From the NCBI GenBank assembly GCA_040876345.1, contig JBBDPM010000006.1, positions 456,547-520,546 on the forward strand: a stretch of 64,000 nucleotides of DNA, in the 5' to 3' direction. The position numbers and the translations under genes are program-made. This document shows, piece after piece, positions 9,394 to 16,937 of this stretch. A model generated the notes under the pieces. It was not told where the DNA came from and made no database searches. It was given only the letters and a program-made list of their open reading frames with translations. This DNA is from Candidatus Woykebacteria bacterium. GTDB taxonomy: Bacteria; Patescibacteriota; Microgenomatia; Woykebacterales; RBG-16-39-9b. How positions within the stretch are numbered: position 1 is the first letter of the stretch; each line of letters opens with the position of its first letter.

Positions 9394-9729
9394 ATGGAAG
9401 ATTTAGGCACTCCTGGATTCTTTTTTTCAATACCAAACTTATTACCATTTAGGGATTTTAGTGAGCTTTTCAACGCCTTATTATCAATCGCTTTTTTTGT
9501 TGCCGGCCTTGCCTTTTTAGTTAACTTGATAGTGGTAGGCATTCAGTGGATGTCATCTGGCGGAGACCCCAAGGCACTAGATAGTGCAAGGCGCCGAATT
9601 GCAAACTCCTTCATAGGACTGGTCATCGTTGTGGCTGCTTTTGCAACCGCCTTAATTGTCGAGCAGGTGCTTGGGATTAAAATCGTCAGTGGGTTTTGTA
9701 TTCCAACACCAGGGGGGCAATGTTCATAG
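9394..9729 (+). CDS. VirB2/TrbC-like pilin
   Basis: GIQWMSSGGDPKALDSARRRIANSFIGL. Confidence 0.85.
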   Translation: MEDLGTPGFFFSIPNLLPFRDFSELFNALLSIAFFVAGLAFLVNLIVVGIQWMSSGGDPKALDSARRRIANSFIGLVIVVAAFATALIVEQVLGIKIVSGFCIPTPGGQCS

Positions 9730-9766
9730 AGTTTGAATTACATTCTTTAAATTTCTGAATTAGTTC

Positions 9767-9818
9767 TTGCCAAATCATTTTTAACATGCATATAATCTAG
9801 TAGTTAAAGGGAGGTGAA
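9767..9818 (+). promoter_or_regulatory. Internal promoter and strong SD for the probable major pilin
   Basis: TTGCCA-N18-TATAAT (9767-9796), then AAAGGGAGGTGA. Confidence 0.65.
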
Positions 9819-9832
9819 ACTGCTCAATTATT

Positions 9833-10222
9833 ATGCGTAAACTAGCTACTTTACTAGCAACAGGAAGTACTTTTTTAACACTAGCGGGCCCAGCATTTGC
9901 ACAGGCAAATATCACGGGTTTTGACTCAAGTATAGTTCCATTCCCAAACCTAGGAAAGCTTTTAAGCAACATTTTGGCCCTTCTTTTCTTTTTTGCGGCC
10001 TTACTTGCTTTTCTTTTCATCATTATCGGTGGTATTCAGTGGATTACAGCTGGTGGTGATAAAGCAGCTGCTCAAGCTGCTCGGGACCGAATTACCGCTG
10101 CGGTTGTGGGGCTCTTAATTGTGGTCGCCGCTTTTGCGATAACCTTAATACTTTCGACAGTACTAGGAATTAATCTCTTTGATTATCGCTTCCCAACTGC
10201 ACCACAAACTGCCGGTACTTAA
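9833..10222 (+). CDS. VirB2/TrbC-like pilin, probable major subunit
   Basis: Signal peptide ending PAFA-Q; GGIQWITAGGDKAAAQAARDRITAAVVGL; has its own promoter. Confidence 0.88.
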   Translation: MRKLATLLATGSTFLTLAGPAFAQANITGFDSSIVPFPNLGKLLSNILALLFFFAALLAFLFIIIGGIQWITAGGDKAAAQAARDRITAAVVGLLIVVAAFAITLILSTVLGINLFDYRFPTAPQTAGT

Positions 10223-11475
10223 AAGCTGGAAATAAAGCCTGCAAATCCGCCCGATCCTGTGAGAATAGTCAGATACCAAAGCGGGACGGCAAGGTGCGAG
10301 AGCAGTGGGTAATAAAAAACGAAAAGAAGAACCACCGAAGCAGCAAACCCAATCAAGAGAAATTCCCTTTTTTCAAAATTTTCCTCGATAAATTTGGTAA
10401 CTAATAAAATTCCAAACGGAATAGCCGAGAGTAAGTAATAGGAAAAGTTGTAGCGTGGGACAAAAAACCAAGGCAACCAAAAAGTAAGGAAAGCCCCAAT
10501 CAAAAAGGTCTTCTCACTTGTTACTAAGCTCCTAGTGCGGTGAAAGACTAAATCCTTCGCTCCCTTCAGAATGAGCACAATACTTCCCCAAAAGAGAGCT
10601 GGATTAAACATAAAAAATATGGCCTGGACGCTGCCGTACTCTTGTCTACCAATGTACGAGTACAAGGGGTTTAGAAGCCACGTCATGGGGGTTAGGTGAA
10701 AAACTAAATTGTTGATTTCTTGCTTTTGCTCCACTTTTTCAAAAACCCCACCAGTGTGATAATCAAACATTTTTGCGTGAAGGTTAATTAGATCGGGAAG
10801 ACTGTGGTTAAGTAAATAGAAACTGTATGATCCTAGATAGACGACTCCCACGATTAAAAATAGCAGCCCAAGCTTCGGTAAGGACTTTAAAGGTGTAGCC
10901 CTTTTTTTCCAAAGGTAAAAGCAACTTCCAAATGCTAGCAAAAAAAGACCATTCCATTTTGAGGCGATTGATAAACCGAAGAAGATGCCCGCCAACCCTA
11001 AGTATCTAGCCTTTTCTTCCTTGAAAAAGCTCCAAAAGAAAAGAGTAGCCGCCAAGGAAAAAGTGGCTACATAAATTTCTGGGACGGCTACTCTTGAGTT
11101 AACAAACCAAGAAAACTCAAAGGTGAGGAAAAGAGCAGAAAGCGTTGGAATTAAGCGCCCACCGAACATTTTCTTGGCGAGAAGATAAATAAAGATAACC
11201 CCCAAACTACCGACTAAAACTTCCGGAATTCGCCAACCCCAAGGATTATCTCCGAAAATCTTTATTCCGGCTGCCATGAAAAGCTTGGCTAGGGGCGGAT
11301 GTTCAAAATTTGCCTCAAAATTCCCAGCGAGGAAGGAGCGCGCTGTCGGTATGTAATAGGCTCCTTCATCAAAGTAAACATCAGACGGGGAAGTTAACCT
11401 TAAAAATTTGATAGCTAGGTTAGCGATAAAAAGAGTAACAAGAACATTAATCTCTGACCTAAAAAACTTTCTCAT
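10219..11475 (-). CDS. PMT/ArnT-like GT-C lipid-carrier-dependent glycosyltransferase
   Basis: YFDE, EHPPLAK, PWGWR and SKWNG motifs; polytopic membrane protein. Confidence 0.88.
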   Translation of the reverse strand: MRKFFRSEINVLVTLFIANLAIKFLRLTSPSDVYFDEGAYYIPTARSFLAGNFEANFEHPPLAKLFMAAGIKIFGDNPWGWRIPEVLVGSLGVIFIYLLAKKMFGGRLIPTLSALFLTFEFSWFVNSRVAVPEIYVATFSLAATLFFWSFFKEEKARYLGLAGIFFGLSIASKWNGLFLLAFGSCFYLWKKRATPLKSLPKLGLLFLIVGVVYLGSYSFYLLNHSLPDLINLHAKMFDYHTGGVFEKVEQKQEINNLVFHLTPMTWLLNPLYSYIGRQEYGSVQAIFFMFNPALFWGSIVLILKGAKDLVFHRTRSLVTSEKTFLIGAFLTFWLPWFFVPRYNFSYYLLSAIPFGILLVTKFIEENFEKREFLLIGFAASVVLLFVFYYPLLSHLAVPLWYLTILTGSGGFAGFISSF

Positions 11476-11501
11476 AGGCAATTTGATTTTAACACAGGTT
11501 T

Positions 11502-11520
11502 AACTGAGTCAGACTCAGTT
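11502..11520. promoter_or_regulatory. Perfect inverted repeat in the divergent PMT/pilin promoter region (possible operator)
   Basis: AACTGAGTC-A-GACTCAGTT, abutting TTGACT at 11520. Confidence 0.45.
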
Positions 11521-11556
11521 TGACTTTAGTAACTTACCCGTGTTAATTTGTAAAAA

Positions 11557-11973
11557 ATGGGCCGACTTAAAAATCTTTTCACCACAGCTACTCTCTTTAT
11601 CACCGTTTTGTTAGCACCAAAAACTGTACTTGCTCAGATTGGAAACAAAGTCAGCGATGATCCCGGATACACCCCTCTTAAGGACCTGGAGGTGGTTTTT
11701 GCAAATGCGTTGAATGTAATATCCATCTTAGCTGGGTTTGCGGTACTTTTGATGATCGTGATTGGAGCGTTTCGTTATATGGTGGCTCAAGGAGATCCAA
11801 AGGCAGTAACCGCCGCTCGAAGCCAAATTACTTGGGCGATCGGCGGGCTCTTCTTCATAATTGCTGGCTGGCTAGTGATACTTTTTGTTTCCCAATTTAC
11901 TGGTCTTAACCTGACCAACTTCTGTGTTGACCTACCAACCGATGATTTAACTTGCTCAATTCAAAGGCCTTAA
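11557..11973 (+). CDS. VirB2/TrbC-like pilin
   Basis: Signal peptide; GAFRYMVAQGDPKAVTAARSQITWAIGGL. Confidence 0.85.
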   Translation: MGRLKNLFTTATLFITVLLAPKTVLAQIGNKVSDDPGYTPLKDLEVVFANALNVISILAGFAVLLMIVIGAFRYMVAQGDPKAVTAARSQITWAIGGLFFIIAGWLVILFVSQFTGLNLTNFCVDLPTDDLTCSIQRP

Positions 11974-12608
11974 CGTAGCGATCCTTTTGCAACATAGTTA
12001 ATATTCAGCGTAGCAAGATCTGCTACATCCTGTTGGGCAAACCAACCATTGGCTCTACCTTTGTAAGTAGCGAGCGGTGCTTTTTCCACAAAGACAAAGA
12101 ATTGGTCGGTTCCTGCATCGTAACTTATTCTATATCCTGATCCAACCAGAGGGAGTTTACTTCTCACATTATTCATTGCTGAGTATAGGTTAGTCTGACT
12201 TGTACCTTTGCTTTTTGTAGTTGCGTTCCACATGAAAAGAGTTTTTGATTCGTACTTAACTTTAAACTCATATTTAGCTCCTGGCTTTAAATTTGACTGC
12301 AGGCTAAAAGTGGCCTTTGTACCAGCTAAATCAAGCCCCAGAGTGAATTTCACGGCCGGTTTTGACTCTATGGAAACCTCTTTTCCGGCAATACTGGAGT
12401 CAAAATTAACCGTTATTTGCGGGGTTACACTAATTCCAGTCTGATCCACTAAAGGCTCAACACTGACAACTTTAGGCAGTTCTTCTTGGGTTTTTCCTCT
12501 GCCGGTAGGGACCTCCTTTGGCTTTGGCACCAATAAAATGCCAATTATTACAAGCCCCAGGGAAAATCCAAAGGCGGTGAGAATTATTATTCTTTTCGTC
12601 TTGTCCAT
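11970..12608 (-). CDS. Membrane-anchored Ig-like (Big_5-type) domain protein
   Basis: N-terminal TM; PKVVSVEP...ITVNFD...LKPGAKYEF. Confidence 0.65.
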   Translation of the reverse strand: MDKTKRIIILTAFGFSLGLVIIGILLVPKPKEVPTGRGKTQEELPKVVSVEPLVDQTGISVTPQITVNFDSSIAGKEVSIESKPAVKFTLGLDLAGTKATFSLQSNLKPGAKYEFKVKYESKTLFMWNATTKSKGTSQTNLYSAMNNVRSKLPLVGSGYRISYDAGTDQFFVFVEKAPLATYKGRANGWFAQQDVADLATLNINYVAKGSLR

Positions 12609-12609
12609 A

Positions 12610-13611
12610 TTAGTTCTCCTTTAAATATTTGCTGGATACAGCGTTGACCACTACTACAACCTCCACTTCTTGCTTATTGATAGTAGCACTTCCGGAAAGC
12701 TTCCAAAAGGGAAGCAGAAGGCCAGTCTCATCATCAATTAAATATACAAGTTCAATATCATTAAAGACTACATTGCTTGCCGCGCTCAAGCTCCCGCCGT
12801 TGTAGCCTCCTGGTAAAATTACCCTACCTTGCCCTGCCCTCAATCTATTTTCTATTCCTCCCAGATTAATTAAAGGGTAGGTGCCGATATTTTCCGTGTC
12901 TATTGCAACTTGCATATAAGAAAACTTAACAACCTCGCCACTCCTGGAGAGACTCGCTGATACCAAGGGGTTTAGCCCGCTATTATATATTTTGCGATCT
13001 GAAAAATTACAAGTGAGGTTTGTTAAGAATTGGTCGGCAGTTTTTGGATCATCAATAAAATCCAGCTCCAAGCCATATTCTTTCAGAGCTAGGGTTTCCT
13101 CATGCAAAAGATCTTTTTCTAGATTTAACTTTTTCAAGAAATTCTGAGCGGTCTGGGTAGCTTCGTCTAAAGTATTTATTAGCCTTTGACTTTTTGGTTT
13201 GCTGATTTTTAAATAGCTAAAGGCTCCTGTGCTAATATTGTAGTTTACAATACCATTTTTATCCTGAATCTTCCCAAACAAATCCCCACCAGTATCTTTC
13301 GATGTCTGTAATTTTCCATCAATCTTAAATACTTTTGCTAAAAATTTAGCTTTTTCAACGCTCCCCTTGGATTCTTTAACCAAAGCCACTTTAGAGCTGC
13401 CTTCCAGTTTCTTGCCGGAAATCTCTAAAGAAAAATCTTGCCTAAACCCCTCACCCACTGCTTGCGTAGGGGGCAGTTTTCCAAAGATAATTCTCGAGTT
13501 TTCCCGCAATTGATTGATAAAACTAAGCCCAATTAACACCGTCACAAACACGGAGACAAAAACGGTGATATCCAAAAAGTATTTCCTAAAAGTATCTAGT
13601 GTAAAGTTCAT
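12610..13611 (-). CDS. Membrane-anchored extracytoplasmic hypothetical protein
   Basis: N-terminal TM; overlaps the upstream gene by 4 nt. Confidence 0.6.
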   Translation of the reverse strand: MNFTLDTFRKYFLDITVFVSVFVTVLIGLSFINQLRENSRIIFGKLPPTQAVGEGFRQDFSLEISGKKLEGSSKVALVKESKGSVEKAKFLAKVFKIDGKLQTSKDTGGDLFGKIQDKNGIVNYNISTGAFSYLKISKPKSQRLINTLDEATQTAQNFLKKLNLEKDLLHEETLALKEYGLELDFIDDPKTADQFLTNLTCNFSDRKIYNSGLNPLVSASLSRSGEVVKFSYMQVAIDTENIGTYPLINLGGIENRLRAGQGRVILPGGYNGGSLSAASNVVFNDIELVYLIDDETGLLLPFWKLSGSATINKQEVEVVVVVNAVSSKYLKEN

Positions 13612-14951
13612 TGTATTACTCCGCTTGCTCCTTCCTTACAATAATACGGGTAGCGTCCTCCCCTTACCTCCACTGGCAAGAAAGGTTCAGGACTTATCCG
13701 CACTCCTGTGGAATCAAAAACTTCGTAATGCACATGGGGAGCTGATGATGTGCCTGTATGATCCTCTGTAGCTATTGGCTGGCCGACACTAACCTGCGTT
13801 CCACGCTCGACTAAAATTGAACTATCCGCTAGGTGTCCGAAACGGACTGTGTATTGATCACCTTTTATATCAACATAATTACCGTAACCCCCAGGATCAG
13901 AGCCTATCAAATCAAGTTTTCCTGAGATAGTCGAACGGACTACATCCCCTGTGCGTATCCCGTTTGCCCAATTTGCAATAGCTTTATCGGATTGAATATC
14001 TACTCCCTGATGACGGTGATCTGACCTCTGCTCTAAGTAGCGTCCTGTGATTGTTCCCTCTACTGGGCAACGGCCGGCTGGGCTTGCCACATCTCCTACA
14101 GTCTCATCTTTTTTGTTTAGGTAAAATTGGTAAACATTTTCACAATAGGTTACACCCCTATCTTCACAAGCGCCAAGATAATGTCGGGCTGCCTCGTAAA
14201 CCTCAGCCTGCTCCCAGTCTTGAGTGGAATCGTTATAATCATATGTTGAGAAGTTTCCGCTAGAGCACTCTTCTGCATGATCTCTTGGAGTAGTATCGCA
14301 TTTAATTTTCCAGGCAGCCGCATAAACTGAGTCTGCTACATTGCAAATGTTTGAGGTGCGACTCTGCCCAGTGGCAATATTTATTGCAGTTTTATATCGC
14401 TCAAAAGTGCTTGGCAAAAACTGCATCGGGCCCCGTGCCCCCGCATCAGACTGCGCACAACCTGGTATTTCTCCATCTGGATTACTGTATAAAATTACAC
14501 TTGCTTCGGACAAAACCATAGCATCACCTAAATTCTCAGAAAGCCCTATTCCGTTCAAAACACCTGCCGGGACTTTGGCCCAAGAAGCTGCTTGCAGAAT
14601 TATATTTTCTAACTCCACTGAGCAATCATTGTGCTGCCCATCACCATCGAAATCATCCGGACTAATAAACGCTTGGCAGTAATTATCCTTTAATCCTAGA
14701 CCCGAACCCACCGGGGCTGCCACAGCCGTCCCACCTCCACCACCAATAATTCCAATGGCTACTAGAATAACAACTATAAAAATTACTATAAATAAAACTG
14801 CGGCGATTGCTGGAGCTGCCGCCCGCAGAGCCGCACTTGCCCCTAGCCTTGCCGCACCGGCTCCCCTCAGATTCATACCAGTTTGAGCAAGGTCGAGTGC
14901 ACTTTGAACGGGACTTTTTGATTTTTTTTGTGATTCTTCTTCCGCGGGCAT
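13608..14951 (-). CDS. VirB1-like cell-wall hydrolase: lytic transglycosylase + M23 peptidase
   Basis: TM anchor; SLT motif GARGPMQFLPSTF; M23 motifs HQGVD and HVH. Confidence 0.85.
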   Translation of the reverse strand: MPAEEESQKKSKSPVQSALDLAQTGMNLRGAGAARLGASAALRAAAPAIAAVLFIVIFIVVILVAIGIIGGGGGTAVAAPVGSGLGLKDNYCQAFISPDDFDGDGQHNDCSVELENIILQAASWAKVPAGVLNGIGLSENLGDAMVLSEASVILYSNPDGEIPGCAQSDAGARGPMQFLPSTFERYKTAINIATGQSRTSNICNVADSVYAAAWKIKCDTTPRDHAEECSSGNFSTYDYNDSTQDWEQAEVYEAARHYLGACEDRGVTYCENVYQFYLNKKDETVGDVASPAGRCPVEGTITGRYLEQRSDHRHQGVDIQSDKAIANWANGIRTGDVVRSTISGKLDLIGSDPGGYGNYVDIKGDQYTVRFGHLADSSILVERGTQVSVGQPIATEDHTGTSSAPHVHYEVFDSTGVRISPEPFLPVEVRGGRYPYYCKEGASGVIQ

Positions 14952-15049
14952 TTATCTATAATTCTATCCATTAACAAACTCAAACACAACTGTCTTAAAC
15001 ACGTGTTTTCGTTGACAATCGTACATTCTTAGATATAAGATTAAATCAA

Positions 15050-16885
15050 ATGTGCCTGCCCAGGAAATTTAAAATCTTTCTTCTTGTTACAACTCTCAGC
15101 CTTTTTCTAATCAGTACTCTGACTCCAGCCTTTGCATCTCACGATAAAACCCAAGGCGCACAACAATCCCAAAACACAATCGAGCCAATTCCAACTCCGA
15201 ACCCGGACGCCCCGCAAATTCAACCGATACCAAAACCAACCGCTGATCCCAAAATCCGTCAGGCTTTAGGCTGGGAAGATTTAAATCCAATTAGTTGGCC
15301 TGGAGCAGTCTATGACTTTCTTCGTGGGGCAACCGCCAAGGCAGTAAAAGGCGCTTTTTATGCCAGTCAAGATGCGGGATTTGAACAAATCAATAATTGT
15401 TCGGGGGCTGAATTAGTTGATAGCCAACGTCTTAATAACAACGATCCAGAGGACACTTGTATCGAGAAAAAAATAAACCGCGCTGCAATGGGAGTTAGTA
15501 ATTTAAGCGAAGTGCCGAACCCAGGATTACTTGACTACCTAGGTTATGTAGGGTCTCAATCTTTAACATTACCTGTTCCCATCAATTCAACTCAATACTT
15601 CGCCTCTATTAATCCTTTTAAAGAAGCTCGTGCTGCAGCAGGGGCTGAAGAGCTAGCAAACAACAATATACTACTAAGTATTTGGCGAACGTCCAGGAAT
15701 ATTGCTTTTGCTCTCTCAGCAGCGGTTTTAATGGTTGTTGGTTTTATGATCATGTTCCGTTGGAAGCTAGACCCACGCACCACAGTTACAATTCAAAATT
15801 CACTACCTAGAGTAGTGGTGGCCTTGATTCTCATAACTTTTAGCTTCGCGATCGCTGGTCTTATGATTGATTTTACGAGATTGATCACTGAGGTTGTAAC
15901 CTCACTTGTCGCAGTGCCGGGTGAGGCTCTTTTAGGCTTGTCTGCCATTGGTTTGCTAGTACTTGCAGGTGGAAGCCTTAGCCTTGCCACCGGTGGTCTA
16001 TTCGCGTTGTTTATTCTACTTCTTGGTTTAATTTTGTCCATCATGATTCTAATCGTGTTTATTGTGCTGATCTTTAAACTGCTCATGCGCTATATAACTT
16101 TTCTAATTCTCACTATTTTTGCGCCGTTCTTTTTCTTAGCCGGCGCTTTGCCAGGAGGTGAGGGGATTATTTTTAACTGGTTCAAGCGCCAAACAGCCGC
16201 CCTTTTGGCGGTACCGTTTACCGCTCTTTTTGTGAATCTTTCATTCGCAATCGGTTTTTCTGGTTTCACCGGGCAAGGAGATTTGAATTTTCCCTCTCCC
16301 TGGCCAGTTGTGGGTGGTTTCGCTAACACTGCAGTTGGGTTTGCCGTTCTTGGCCCCTTGATAGGAATTGGCTTATTCTTTTTCGCTACAAAAGTTCCGG
16401 ACATTGTTGATGAGGTCTTTGGAATCAAAGAGCTTGGGGCTAGAAAAGGAATCGGTCCTGGAATAATAGTTGGTGCGCCTATTGGCGGTCTCCAAGCTGC
16501 GGGTAATATATCAAGGGGTGTTGAAGGTGTGCAACGTGGTGTTAAGGTTGGGAAAGATGTGGCTGGGAATTTATCCAGAAGAGGGTGGGGGCCAGAACAA
16601 ACTCAAACTGAAGGCGGTAATGTGAGCATTAGTAACCAGCCAACTCCTGGTCCAGCCGCTAGAACAGCAAGGCAGTTAGCCAGGACAATTTTGCGGCCTT
16701 TTGCTCCAAAAGATATGAGTGGTAGAAAGCCCTGGCAGAATATTTCCATGTCGGAAGCAGATTTTGCAGAACGCCAGAGGAGAATACAAGAACAAATTAA
16801 GGCGGCTGCTGCGAGAGGCCGTCGTGGAGGCGGTCCGCCTCCAACCGAAGATCAAGACGAAAGAGGCCCCCTAGAAACACCCTAG
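15050..16885 (+). CDS. VirB6/TrbL-like polytopic T4SS membrane protein
   Basis: Signal peptide and 7 or more TM helices; LPRVVVALILITFSFAIAGLMID; disordered basic C-tail; T4SS context. Confidence 0.75.
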   Translation: MCLPRKFKIFLLVTTLSLFLISTLTPAFASHDKTQGAQQSQNTIEPIPTPNPDAPQIQPIPKPTADPKIRQALGWEDLNPISWPGAVYDFLRGATAKAVKGAFYASQDAGFEQINNCSGAELVDSQRLNNNDPEDTCIEKKINRAAMGVSNLSEVPNPGLLDYLGYVGSQSLTLPVPINSTQYFASINPFKEARAAAGAEELANNNILLSIWRTSRNIAFALSAAVLMVVGFMIMFRWKLDPRTTVTIQNSLPRVVVALILITFSFAIAGLMIDFTRLITEVVTSLVAVPGEALLGLSAIGLLVLAGGSLSLATGGLFALFILLLGLILSIMILIVFIVLIFKLLMRYITFLILTIFAPFFFLAGALPGGEGIIFNWFKRQTAALLAVPFTALFVNLSFAIGFSGFTGQGDLNFPSPWPVVGGFANTAVGFAVLGPLIGIGLFFFATKVPDIVDEVFGIKELGARKGIGPGIIVGAPIGGLQAAGNISRGVEGVQRGVKVGKDVAGNLSRRGWGPEQTQTEGGNVSISNQPTPGPAARTARQLARTILRPFAPKDMSGRKPWQNISMSEADFAERQRRIQEQIKAAAARGRRGGGPPPTEDQDERGPLETP

Positions 16886-16927
16886 AATAAGAGAGAGGGC
16901 TGATCCGATACGATGCGGAAACAGCCC
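16886..16927 (-). terminator. 3' hairpin of the 922-aa gene
   Basis: Minus strand reads GGGCTG-TT-TCCG...CGGA-T-CAGCCC followed by TCTCTCTTATT. Confidence 0.6.
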
Positions 16928-16937
16928 CCAATGCCTG

